From Pristiophorus japonicus (lineage: Eukaryota), in contig NC_091987.1 of NCBI RefSeq assembly GCF_044704955.1, positions 68,944,001-69,008,000 of the forward strand: 64,000 bases of DNA, in the 5' to 3' direction. Below the pieces are notes generated by a model. The model had not been told where the DNA came from. It made no database searches and saw nothing but the letters and a program-made list of their open reading frames with translations. A program made the position numbers and the translations under genes. The number at the start of each line of letters is the position of its first letter. The stretch's first letter is position 1. This document shows, in pieces, positions 1 to 13,100 of this stretch.

Positions 1-355
1 TTGCATACTGGAAGGATCCATTGGTGTAGAAATTGAGTGCGATGGTGACCTTGCATGCCACTGAGAGAGCTGTCCTCACCCTGGTCTGAGGCTTGAGGTC
101 TGGTTGCAGACGATGGCAGAGCTCTGTGACCATGTCCTTGCTGAAGTGCAGCCTTCGAACACACTGCTCATCAGTGAAATTGATGTAGGCGAAATGCTAC
201 CGGAATACTCTGGGAGGGTAAAGTCTCTTGTTGCCAGGCCTGTTGCGCTTTCTCTCTCTGGCCACATCTTGCTGTCCTTCTACCTGTCTTTCTCCCTCTC
301 TCTCCCTGCCTTTCTCCTTGTCTTGCTCTCTCTCTTTCTCCTTGTCTTGCTCTTT
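1..355 (-). mobile_element. Fossil PIF/Harbinger transposase (HARBI1-like N-terminal region), running off the window start
   Basis: Minus-strand translation RLYPPRVFR*HFAYINFTDEQCVRRLHFSKDMVTELCHRLQPDLKPQTRVRTALSVACKVTIALNFYTNGSFQ; one in-frame stop. Confidence 0.8.
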
Positions 356-2859
356 TCAGGAAATAGTGGGGGCCTGTAAAAAGGGAACAGCAATAACCAT
401 GGGTGATTTTAACCTCCATATTGATTGGACAAATCAAATTGGTCAGGGTAGCCTTGAGGAAGAGTTCATCGAGTGCATAAGGGACGGAACCAACCAGGGG
501 GCAGGCTATCTTAGATCTGGTCCTGTGTAATGAGACAGGATGGATAAACAATCTCCTAGTAAAGGATCCCCTTGGAATGATTGATCATAGCATGATTGAA
601 TTTCAAGTTCAGATGGAGGGTGAAAAAGTAGGATCTCAAACCAGCGTACTAAGCTTAAATAAAGGAGACTACAAAGATATGAGGGCTGACTTGGGTAAAA
701 TGGACTGGGAAAATCGATTGAAGTGTAGGACGGTTAATGAACAGTGGTGTACGTTTAAGGAGATATTTCACACCTCTAAAGAAAAATATATTTCAGTGAG
801 GAGGAAAGGGTGTAAAAGAAAAGAGAGCCATCCGTGGCTAACTGAAGAAATAAAGGAAGGTATCCAATTAAAAACAATGGCATATAAAGTGGCCAAAACT
901 AGTGGGAGGACAGAAGATTGGGAAGCTTTTAAATGCCAGCAAAGAATGACTAAAATAATGATTAAGAAAGGGAAGATGGACTATGAAAGTAAACTAGCAC
1001 GATATATTAAAAACAGACAGCAAGTGTTCCTATCGGTATATAAAAAGGAAAAGAGTGGCTAAAGTAAATGTTGGTCCGTTAGAGGACGAGAGCGGGGAAT
1101 TGGTAATGGGGAACATGGAGATGGCAGAAACTCTGAAAAAATATTTTGTATCAGTCTTTACGGTGGAAGACACAAACAATATCCCAACAGTGGATAGTCA
1201 AGGGGCTATAGGGGGGAGAAACTTAACACAATCACAATCACTAAGAAGGTGGTACTCAGTAAGATAATGGGACTAAAGGCAGATAAATCCCCTGGACCTG
1301 ATGGCTTGCATCATAGGGTCATAAGAGAAGTAGCGGCAGGGATAGTGGATGCATTGGTTGTAATTTACCAAAATTCCCTGGATTCTGGGGAGGTCCCTGC
1401 AGATTGGAAAACTGCAAATGTAACGCCCCTATTTATAAAAAAAAAAAAGGAGGCAGACAAAAAGCAGGAAACTAGAGACCAGTTAGCCTAACATCTGTGG
1501 TTGGGAAAATGTTGGAGTCCATTATTAAAGAAGCAGTTGCAGGACATTTAGAAAAACATAATTCAGTCAGGCAGAGTCAGCATGGATTTATGAAAGGGAA
1601 ATCATGTTTGACAAATTTGCTGGAATTCTTTGAGGATATAACGAACAGGGTGGATAAAGGAGGACCAGTGGATGTGGTGTATTTGGACTTCCAGAAGACA
1701 TTTGACAAGGTGCCACATAAAAGGTTACTGCACAAGATAAAAGTTCATGGGGTAGGGGGTAATATATTAGCATGGATAGAGGATTGGCTAACTAACAGAA
1801 AACAGAGTGTCGGGATAAATGGTTAATTCTCGGGTTGGCAATCAATAATTAGTGGAGTGCTGCAGGGATCAGTGCTGGGACCCCAACTATTTACAATCTA
1901 TATTAACGATTTAGATGAAGGGACTGAGTGTAACATAGCCAAGTTTGCTGACGATACAAAGATGGGAGGAAAAGCGATGTGTGAGGAGGACACACAAAAT
2001 CTGCAAAAGGATATAGACAGGCTAAGTGAGTGGGCAAAAATTTGGCAGATGGAGAAGAATGTTGGAAAGTGTGAGGTTATGCATTTTAGCAGAAAGAATC
2101 AAAGAGCAAGTTATTATTTAAATGGAGAAAAATTGCAAAGTGCTGCAGTGCAGCGGGACCTGGGGGTACTTGTGCATAAAACACAAAAGATTAGTATGCA
2201 GGTAAGGCAAGTGATCTGGAAGCCAATGGAATCTGGTCTTTATTGTAATGGGGATGGAGTATAAAAGCAAGGAAGTCTTGCTACAGTTATACAGGGTATT
2301 GGTGAGGCCACACCTGGAATACTGAGTACAGTTTTGGTTTCTATATTTAAGAAAGGATATACTTGCTTTGGAGGCAGTTCAGAGAAGGTTCACTAGGTTG
2401 ATTCCGGAGATGAGGGGGCTGACTTATGAGGAAAGGTTGAGGAGGTTAGACCTCTACTCATTGGAATTCAGAAGAATGAGAGGTGATCTTATCGAAATGT
2501 ATAAGATTATGAGGGGGCTTGACAAGGTGGATGCAGAGAGGATGTTTCCACTGATGGGGGAGACCAGAACTAGGGGGCATAATCTTAGAATAAGGGGCCG
2601 CCCATTTAAAACTGAGATGAGGAGGAATTTCTTCTGAGGGTTGTAAATCTGTGGAACTCGCTGCCTCAGAGCTGTGGAAACTGGGTCATTGAATAAATTT
2701 AAGACAGAGATAGACAGTTTCTTAACTGATAAGGGAATAAGGGGTTATGGGGAGCAGGCAGGGAAGTGGACCTGAGTCCATGATCGTATTAAATGACGGA
2801 GCAGGCACGAGGGGCCGTATGGCCTACTCCTGCTCCTATTTCTTATGTTCTTATGTTCT
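356..2859 (+). mobile_element. CR1-clade LINE, 5'-truncated, frameshifted ORF2 (APE end + RT)
   Basis: [43 protein letters not shown] motifs; (TTCTTATG)n tail. Confidence 0.93.
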
Positions 2860-2864
2860 ATTTC

Positions 2865-2940
2865 TCCCTTTTACTGCTGTAAAGCGCCTTGGAACATTTT
2901 ACTACATTAAAGGCGCTATATAAGTAAAAGTTGTTGTCTT
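2865..2940 (+). mobile_element. SINE/L2-type 3' tail fragment
   Basis: ctgtaaagcgccttggaacattttactacattaaaggcgctatataagtaaaagttgttg; related tails at ~35200-35250 (-) and ~41700-41760. Confidence 0.5.
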
Positions 2941-3113
2941 GCGACCTCTCTGCCTTTGTCCACCTAAGTAATCTCCGATGGTGACGTCGGAGCAGGAGGT
3001 CAAGCGCCAACACAACCCCCATGAAATGAGAAAAATGTTGGCGAGTCAAATCTGCTCTGAATTAAACAAAGCAATGATTAAGAGCCAGAACAGTCCTCGA
3101 GGTCGAAACCACT
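2941..3113 (-). mobile_element. Probable 5' part and start of the same Harbinger transposase, separated by LINE/SINE insertions
   Basis: ATG at 3022: MGVVLALDLLLRRHHRRLLRWTKAERS, wedged between two CR1 tails. Confidence 0.45.
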
Positions 3114-3114
3114 A

Positions 3115-5605
3115 AACATAAGAACATAAGAATTAAGAACAGGAGTAGGCCATCTAGCCCCTCGAGCCTGCTCCGCCATTCAACAAGATCATGGCTGATC
3201 TGGCCGTGGACTCAGTTCCGACTTACCCGCCCGCTCCCCATAACCCTTAATTCCCTTATTGGTTAAAAATCTATCTATCTGTGATTTGAATACATTCAAT
3301 GAGCTAGCCTCAACTGCTTCCTTGGGCAGAGAATTACACAGATTCACAACCCTCTGGGAGAAGAAATTCCTTCTCAACTCGGTTTTAAATTGTCTCCCCC
3401 GTATTTTGAGGCTGTGCCCCCTAGTTCTAGTCTCCCCGACCAGTGGAAACAACCTCTCTGCCTCTATCTTATCTATCCCTTTCATTATTTTAAATGTTTC
3501 TATAAGATCACCCCTCATCTTTCTGAACTCCAACGAGTAAAGACCCAGTCTACTCAATCTATCATCATAAGGTAACCCCCTCATCTCCGGAATCAGCTGC
3601 GTGAATCATCTCTGTACCCCCTCCAAAGCTCGTATATCCTTCCTTAAGTAAGGTAACCAAAACTGCACACAGTACTCCAAGTGCGGCCTCACCAATACCC
3701 TGTACAGTTGCAGCAGGACCTCCCTGCTTTTGTACTCCATCCCTCTCGCAATGAAGGCCAACATTCCATTTGCCTTCCTGATTACCTGCTGCACCTGTAA
3801 ACTTTGGGATTCATGCACAAGGACCCCCAGGTCCCTCTGCACCGCAGCATGTTGTAATTTCTCCCCATTCAAATAATATTCCCTTTTACTGTTTTTTTCC
3901 CCAAGGTGGATGACCTCACATTTTCCGACATTGTATTCCATCTGCCAAACCTTAGCCCATTCGCTTAACCTATCTAAATCTCTTTGCAGCCTCTCTGTGT
4001 CCTCTACACAACCCGCTTTTCCACTAATCTTTGTGTCATCTGCAAATTTTGTTACACTACACTCTGTCCCCTCTTCCAGGTCATCTATGTATATTGTAAA
4101 CAGTTGTGGTCCCAGCACCGATCCCTGTGGCACACCACTAACTACCGATTTCCAATCCAAAAAGAACCCATTTATCCCGACACTCTGCTTTCTGTTAGCC
4201 AGCCAATTCTCTATCCATGCTAATACATTTCCTCTGACTCCGCGTACCTTTATCTTGTGTGGCACCTTATCGAATGCCTTTTGGAAATCTAAATACACCA
4301 CATCCATCGGTACACCTCTATCCACCATGCTCGTTATATCCTCAAAGAATTCCAGTAAATTAGTTGAACATGATTTCCCCTTCATGAATCCATGTTGCGT
4401 CTGCTTGATTGCGCTATTCCTATCTAGATGTCCCGCTATTTCTTCCTTAATGATAGCTTCAAGCATTTTCCCCACTACAGATGTTAAACTAACCGGCCTA
4501 TAGTTACCTGCCTTTTGTCTGCCCCCTTTTTTAAAGAGCCGTTATATTAGCTGCTTTCCAATCCGATGGTACCTCCCCAGAGTCCAGAGAATTTTGGTAG
4601 ATTATAACGAATGCATCTGCTATAACTTCCGCCATCTCTTTTAATACCCTGGGATGCATTTCATCAGGACCAGGGGACTTGTCTACCTTGAGTCTCATTA
4701 GCCTGTCCAGTACTTACCCCCCTGGTGATAGTGATTATCTCAAGGTCCTCCCTTCTCACATTCCCGTGACCAGCAATTTTTGGCATGGTTTTTGTGTCTT
4801 CCACTGTGAAGACCGAAGCAAAATAATTGTTTAAGGTCTCAGCCATTTCCACATTTCCCATTATTAAATCCCCCTTCTCATCTTCTAAGGGACCAACATT
4901 TACTTTAGTCACTCTTTTCCGTTTTATATATCGGTAAAAGCTTTTACTGTCTGTTTTTATGTTTTGCGCAAGTTTACTTTCATAATCTATCTTTCCTTTC
5001 TTTATTGCTTTCTTAGTCATTCTTTGCTGTCGTTTAAAATTTTCCCAATCCTCTAGTTTCCCACTAACCTTGGCCACCTTATACGCATTGGTTTTTAATT
5101 TGATACTCTCCTTTATTTTCTTGGTTATCCACGGCTGGTTATCCCTTCTCTTACCGCCCTCTTTTTCACTGGAATATATTTTTGTTGAGCACTATGAAAG
5201 AGCTTCTTAAAAGTCCTCCACTGTTCCTCAATTGTGTCACCGTTTAGTCTGTGTTTCCAGTCTACTTTAGCCAACTCTGCCCTCATCCCACTGTAGTCCC
5301 CTTTGTTTAAGCATAGTACACTCGTTGAGACACTACTTCCTCACCCTCAATCTGTATTACAAATTCAACCATACTGTGATCACTCATTCCAAGAGGATCT
5401 TTTACTAGGAGATCGTTTATTATTCCTGTCTCATTACACAGGACCAGATCTAAGATAGCTTGCTCCCTTGTAGGTTCTGTAACATACTGTTCTAAGAAAC
5501 AATCCCGTATGCATTCTATGAATTCCTCTTCAAGGCTACCCTGTGCGATTTGATTTGACCAATCAATATGTAGGTTAAAATCCCCCATGGTTACTGCCGT
5601 TCCTT
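3115..5605 (-). mobile_element. CR1-clade LINE, 5'-truncated
   Basis: ORFs 3189..3584, 3606..4475, 4664..5077 and 5307..5666 encode RT/APE pieces; tail at ~3115. Confidence 0.93.
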
Positions 5606-5630
5606 TAACCATGGGGGATTTTAACCTACA

Positions 5631-5988
5631 ATCATTGCAACAGGCACTCTGCCTATCTGTCAGCAAGCTCTAAATAATGTTGGCTGACAGAAAATTGTTT
5701 GCCAAGATGGCGCCTTTAAATAACGCTTCTCCAGCCGACTCCCATCTGCAACTCGACAGGTGAAGCTGTCGTCAGCACCAGGCGGTAACTGAGGGGGAGA
5801 GGCCGAATTTATGTTGGGAGGAGATAACGAGGCAGTGCGCAAGGCGATAACATTATCATCGCCAGGCGCACTTGAGCGGGGCGAGCCCCTATACAAAAAA
5901 CGAGGCCAATTTCGCTGGAGGTGATCGCCCGGCCGAAAACAGGTTTGTTAGCGACCTCAAGAGCTGCTAATGGCACCAATTTCGGCCT
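5631..5988 (-). mobile_element. GC-rich Harbinger-type terminal segment ending in a TIR-like motif
   Basis: Ends ...CCAATTTCGGCCT, resembling the GG(G/C)xxGAAATT termini of MITEs in this window. Confidence 0.45.
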
Positions 5989-6576
5989 GGAAGAATCTTA
6001 ATACAAAATAATGGCTCTCCCTTGGCATTGCTTATGGCAACTCAAATGATGCACTCTTTAATAATGACAGGAACATCATACCACATAGTACACAAAATAT
6101 TTTTACTGCTAAGGTGGATCTGTGTTTATGTTGACATATACCTTTAAGGTCGCCAAGTCTAATTGCTTTGAATAAGCAGTCTAAGATTACTCTGTTTAAT
6201 GGTCTGATTAAGAACTTTGCAGATTGGAATGTGCTCGTCACTTTCAGATTGCAGCTGAGAAGCATCCAGCATTTTAAGATTGTTTTGCATCTGAGAGAAA
6301 GTATGATATGTGTCCACTAATGTACTGTTTTTAATATTATACATAAGACATATATAGGGTTATAAAATATGTTTGACTAAGATAACCAAGGTTTAGACTT
6401 CTGTCAATCCAGGGGTGTTCTAATTTTGAAAACAGAATAAGATTGCACTCAATTCCTCTTGGAAGCAAGTAAGATAGAAATAATTGTTGGAGTTGGGGGT
6501 ATTTGTGGATGAATGTGGAGCTGTTAGGCCCTTTAGGTTGCTATGTTATTGCCTGTATTAAACTTGTGAACAAAGG

Positions 6577-6658
6577 AATAGAAACATAGAAACTAGGTGC
6601 AGGAGTAGGCCATTCAGCCCTTCAAGCCTGCACCACCATTCAATAAGATCATGGCTGT
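6577..6658 (-). mobile_element. CR1 3'-tail fragment
   Basis: atagaaacatagaaactaggtgcaggagtaggccattc, like the tails at 18225 and 51281. Confidence 0.75.
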
Positions 6659-7073
6659 CATACAATTGCTTAACAATAATATCTCGCACTCAGTCTCTCG
6701 ATCCAGAAGTCAGTACCATCTGCAGAATGACAGTAAATTGCAAGTTCAAATCCTATAAGTGTTTGCTATTTAATTTCCCTATTGTGATTAGATATTATTT
6801 AGCTATCAGTAATAAATATATATGTAAGCATTCCATTTGGATTAACATAGAAGAAATCGAGGAACAACAACTGATGATGTATTTTTTGGCCTACTATTCA
6901 TGTATACCCTAGGAGGAGGGGATGATATCCAGAATACCTATAACTAATAATCTTTGTGGTAAATGAAAGTTTTCTGGATTGGAATCAGATGTCTGTCCAT
7001 CTTTAGTAATAACCTAATTAGGAAAATGAAGAGTATAAATTTAAAATATTGACACTTTTAAAACTTTTTTTAG

Positions 7074-7187
7074 CGGATGACATGGGTTTGGGGAAAACTC
7101 TAACGATGATTGCACTCATCTTAGCACAACGGTGCAAGGGGAAGAATGAAAAAGAGAAAAAGCTCGAGGAGTGGATCTCAAAAACTG
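7074..7187 (+). CDS. TTF2: TTF2 exon (motif [18 protein letters not shown]...WISKT)
   Basis: ttttag|CG...ACTG|gtaag; phase 1/1. Confidence 0.93.
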
Positions 7188-10100
7188 GTAAGAAGTGAAG
7201 ATAATTACAATAATTTAAATAACAGGGGAACAAAACATGCACTGTGGATTACCAGCTTTTTGCTGACTCGAGTCCTGGGAAGGGGCTTCTGACCGAGTTG
7301 AGAGTGCTGCTAATTGAAGCAAGGTGATATTTGCCTCGGTGACAGCACTCTCGCCTTTAAGTCAGAAGACGTGGGTTCAAGCCCCACACCTGAGTTTTGA
7401 GTAATTACCACAAAAACAAGGGACCCAGCACTGGGCCCTGTGGAACCCCACTGGGTACAGCCTTCCAATCACAAAACACCCATCAACCATTACCCTTTGC
7501 TTCCTGCCTCTTGAGCCAATTTTGGATCCAACTTGCCACTTTGCCCTGGATCCCATAGGCTTTTACTTTCATTATCAGTCTGCCATGTGGGACCTTATCA
7601 AAAGCCTTGCTAAAATCCATATACACTACATCATACGCACTGCCCTCATCGACACTCCTTGTTACCTCCTCGAAAAATTCAATCAAGTTAGTCAGACACG
7701 ACCTTCCCTTAACAAATCCACACTGACTGTCCTTGATTAATCCATGTCTCTCCAAATGAAGATTTATCCTGTCCCTCAGGATTTTTTCCAATAATTTTCC
7801 CACCACTGTGGTTAGGCTGACTGGACTGTAATTACTCGGTCTATCCCTTTCTCCCTTTTTAAACAAACATGCAACATTAGCAGTCTTCCAGCCTCTGGCA
7901 CCACACCTGTAGCCAGAGAGGATTGGAAAATGATGGTCAGAGCCTCTGCTATTTCCTCCTTTGCTTCTCTTAGCAGCCTGGGATACATTTCATCCGGGCC
8001 TGGAGATTTATCCACTTCAAAGGTGCTAAGCCCCTTAACACTTCCTCTCTCACTTTGTTTATCTCGTCTAATATTTGACACTCCTCCTCCCTGATTGCAA
8101 AGTCTGTATCGCCCCTCTTGTGAAAATAGATGCAAAGTATTCATTCATAATCATACCCACATCTTCTGCCTCCACACACACATTTTCTTTGTGGTCTCTA
8201 ATAGGCCCCACTCTTTCTCTAGTTATCCTCTTGCTCTTAATGTATTTATAAAACATATTTGGGTTTTCTCTGATTATACTTGCCAACATTCTTTCACGCT
8301 CTCTTTTTTCTTCTTCCATGATATCTTTTTTAATTGCATCCCTGCACTTTTTATACTTCTCTCTGCAGTATTGACTTCTCCATATCTATCATAAGCTTCC
8401 CTTTTCCTAGATAAAAAATCTTGTTAAAATTACAGCTCTCATCGAACTATTAAACATCTACCAGTATTTAACCTTTTTTTTTAAATTACGTGCATACAGA
8501 ATATAATAGAGGGCCAACTTATTTCATGGAACAAAATTATTCAAATAGTTTAAAAAAAGAACTACAACCATTCTTCTCCCTGGGAGATATCATCCATCAT
8601 CATAATTGGTTCCTCGAACAAGGATGACTTGCTTCCACAAGAGTTCACTCAATGTTCCACCTCACCTCCAGTCGAGGGGGTGGAAGATGCCTGTGCGTGG
8701 ATTTTTTTAACGTGTGGTGGCCGTTGCACACCAGCCACCACACGGGTTTGACAGAGCCACAGGAAAGATGTGATTGCACTGGAAAGGGTGCAGAGGAGAT
8801 TTACAAGAATGCTGCTTGGATTGGAGAATTTTGGCTATGCGGAAAGATTGGAGATGCTGGGTCTGTTTTCTTTGGAACAGAGGAGGCTGAGGGGAGACCT
8901 GATTGAGGTGTATAAAATTATGAGGGACCTGGATAGAATCGATAGGAAGGTCCTGTTTCCCTTGGCAGAGGGGTCAACAACCAGCGGGCATAGATTGAAA
9001 GTAATTGGGGGGAGGTTTAGAGGAGATATGAGGGGAAATGTCTTCACCCAGAGGGTGGTGGGAGTCTGGAACGTCGGTGTTCTCGCTCAGGCCAACATCC
9101 CCAGCATCGAAGCATTGACAACGCTCGATCAGCTCCAATGGACGAGCCACATCGTCCGCATGCCCGATACTAGATTCCCAAAACAAGTGCTCTACACAGA
9201 GCTCCGACACGGGATGCGAGTCCCAGGTGGGCAGAGGAAATGCTTTAACAACACCCTCAAAGCCTCCTTGGAAAAAGTGTAACATTCCCACTGACACCTG
9301 GGAATCCCTGGCCCAAGACCGCTCAAAGTGGAGGAGAAGCATCCGTGAAGGCGCCGAACACCTTGAGTCTCTTCGCCGGGAGCAAGCGGAAGCGGAGTGC
9401 ACAACATCCCAAGCACCCCCCCACCCATCTGTCCCTTCAACCACCATCTGCACTACCTGTGACAGAGACTGTAGGTCCCGCATTGGACTCATCAATCACC
9501 TGAGAACTCATATTGGTGTGGAAACAAGTCATCCTCGACTCCGAGGGACTGCGTAAGAAAAAGGTGGTCCAGGTCTGGAACTCACTGCCTGAAAGGGTGG
9601 TGGAGGCAGAAGCCCTCACCACATTTAAAAAATACTTGGATGTTCACAAAGTGCCGTAACCTACAGGGCTACGGACCAAGAGCTGGAAAGTGGGATTAGG
9701 CTGGATAGCTCTTGGTCGGCTGACGCGGACACGATGGGCCGAAATGGCTTCCTTCTGTGCTGTATATTTCTATGATTAGGAAATTACATAAAATAATTTT
9801 CTGATTTGATTTTGGGGGTATTTTTAGTGAATACATTAATTAGTGGTTGAACTGGTCTGGTTTAGCTGCATCTAAAAAGTTAACTTTTGCAACCACATTT
9901 CTTTCAACACTTGCTATTGCTCAAGAGTGGTTGGCTTAAACCACTGATCACAGCTTGGCTTTATTGAAGAGATTTGGCTGTATATTGTGTTTGTTAGAAT
10001 GTCTTACAAAGCTGGTGATACTGGGGAGCAATGTGGTTTAAGACACAATTCATTTTTCTTGCATTTGCAATTTAGAAATACAAGTCTGTCTTAAAGGGTA

Positions 10101-13100
10101 TACTTTGCAATTTACAACATTTTACATAAAACATGCATGTATTAGATAAGGTACCACAAAATAATTTGATGGGTTGCTTTCCGTGTTGTGATTTGACTAA
10201 ACTACAATAGTTAAACAATTCTATAACTACCATTTACAGAAATACTACTGTAGGGACTACATTGTTTTGCTAGTGTACAGATTGTCCAGAAGGAGTCCAT
10301 GACAAGTATTGGTAGAAATGCAGAGTGAAGCTTTGCCCATTGCAGCATGGTGTTGGCATGAGATCCAGCTAAACCAAGATTGTTTCTGTCACTGCTGTCT
10401 GTTCATAGCTTAATATTACATTCTAATGCCCTCAATTCCAACAGATAGCACTTTTGTGATCTCCTGTGGGACACTCATCATTTGTCCAGCATCTCTAATC
10501 CACCATTGGGAGATGGAAATCAAGCGGCACGTCAGTGCAAGGAAACTAAGTATATACATATACCACGGCCCAAAGAGAGAGACGTCAGCAAAGGCGTGAG
10601 TACCTGTAGCACTATGGTGTTCCTACTCTGAAAATACAATGCCATTTACAGCTCTGAATATAAAATATTTTCAGCATTCTATATACAATATTATACTTAA
10701 TGCAATATATGGAAGACATTTCTATAATCTAAAGTGTGTTCACCCCTTTTGTTAGAGTTGCTATAAATATAGTTGCTGATCAATCTTTCTAGATTGGTAT
10801 GCTAATGAATCACTAAATTCGTTATTTGATATTATTAACGTTAGCACAAGATTAGGAGTTCAATTTTCCCCGGTGATTTGCGGCGTTTTTTTTGGCGCGC
10901 GCCACTTTTTTTGGCCTAAAATAAAAAAATCAAAGTTTCCCCAAAGATTGTGTGCCAGCGTAACTCTGTTACGATTTTTTTAGGTTAAGTTTTTTTGTGT
11001 CATAGGGCCGTAACCTGCCACCCGCGCCAATTCTGGCCATTTAAGCAAGTTTGGCCAGCTCCGATTTACTCCAATTTTTCTTAGGATGGCGTATGTGGCC
11101 TCTGTGGAAATACCTTCTGGGCAGTTAAGAAAATCGCCGCAGGTAGGTAAATCAGCACAGCAGATGCCGTTTCAGAGCCTGGACAGCAACAGCAGAGGGG
11201 AGGGGGATGGATCGGGGGGGGGGGGGGGGGGAGGCCTTTCGGCCAGAGCTAGGAGCGGGGACTGCAAGGGAGGGAGGCTGTTCGGCCTGGGATAGGAGCG
11301 GGGACCGGCACTGGGAGAGGGGGGTAAGAGATAGACTTTTGTCATTCTCACTAATAATTTAATTGTGGTCAGTTGCTGCAATGTGTAAGGTACTTGTGCA
11401 AGTTGCTGTGAGCTGGCTGTATGTTTCACTTTCCAGCCTCAGCCGCAGTGTGTCCCTGGTTACCGTGGCAACCCAATCTTTTTGGCGCTGATCTTAGGCC
11501 CACCCCCAAAACTAAACGACAGGCTAGGCGGTGCCAAAATGAAGAAATCAAAAGGGGAAACTTGGATGATTTGTTTTTGGTGTACTTGGGCCCCCAAAAA
11601 CCAGGCATGACTCTTCAAGTACGCCAAAAAACAGCTTTGAGGAAAATTGAGCCCTATATTTGTAAACTTGAGGCTGACCAAACAGCTTAGGCTGCACATA
11701 CAGGTTTCCTAATGTGTCACATCATGAAAGAGTATAATGTAGGTTATATGTCACAGCATCGTCCATGGAGTTTCTGCTCTTGGATGCTGTTTGATGAAGG
11801 CAAGTGCCCCCCACTCCATCCCTTAGATCAAAGAACAATTAATAAGCAAGTCAATCTGTGGTCACCAGAAACCAGTTTAGTAGCAGCATTGGAAGAGGAC
11901 TGGCACCAGGGCACTTTGCCCCATCAGTCAGGGCACAGAGCCCAGCAGGGCATCCAAATGAACGGGAAGGACTGTCTCACATAGCTGGAGGAAGTTGACC
12001 TTTAAACTAAAAATATCGTTAAGTAATATTTTATAGAATCATCGAAATTTACAGCATGTTAGGAGGAAATTTCGGCCCATCGTGTTCATGTCAGCCACAG
12101 GAAGCTATCCAGCCTAATCCCACTTTTCAGCTCTTGGTCCGTAGACCTGCAAGTTACAGCACGTCATGTGCACATCAAATACTTTTTATATTCGGTGAGG
12201 GTTTCTGCCTCTACCACCTTTCAGGCAGTGAGTTCCAGACCCCCACCACCCTCTGGGTGAATAAATTTCCCCATAAATATCCACTAAACCTTCTCCCAAT
12301 TACTTGAAATTTATGCTCCCTGGTTGTTGACCCCTCTGCTAAGGGAAATAGGCCCTTTCTATTCATTATATCTAAGCCCCTCATAATTTTATACATCTCA
12401 ATGAGGTCTCCCCTCAGCCTCCTCTGTTCCAAGGAAAACAAACCCAGCCTATCCAATCTGTCCTCATAGCTAAGATTCTCCACTCCTGGCAACATCCTCG
12501 TAAATCTCCTCTGTACCCTCTCCAGTGCAATCACATCCTTCCTGTAATGCGGTGACCAGAACTGCACACAGTACTCTAGCTGTGGCCTAACTAGTGTTTT
12601 ATACAGTTCAAGCATAACCTCCCCCTGCTCTTGTATTCTATGCCTCGGTAATAAAGACAAACATTCCGTATGCCTTCTTAACCACCTTATCTACCTGGCC
12701 TGCTACCTTCAGGGATTTGTGGACATGCTCTCCAAGGTCCCTTTGTTCCTCTACACTTCTCAGTGTCCTATCATTTAATGTGTATTCCCTTTTCTTGTTA
12801 GCCCTCCCCAAATGCATTACCTCACACTTCTCCAGGTTGAATTCCATTTGCCACTGTTTTGCCCACCTGACCAGTTGATTGATATCTTCCTGCAGTCTAC
12901 AGCTTTCTTCTTCATTATCAACCACAGAGCCGATTTTAGTATCATCTGCAGACTTTTATATTCAAGTCTAGATCATTGATGTATACCACAAAAAGCAAGG
13001 GACCTAGTGCTGAGCCCTGCAGAATCCCACTGGAAACAGCCTTCGAGTCACAAAAACATCCATCAACCATTACCCTTTGCTTCTTGCATTTGAGCCTATT

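Noticed and set aside
6000-7073. Additional upstream TTF2 exon (expected to end ...GGIL)
   Set aside because: No matching spliceable frame found; that exon must lie before the window.
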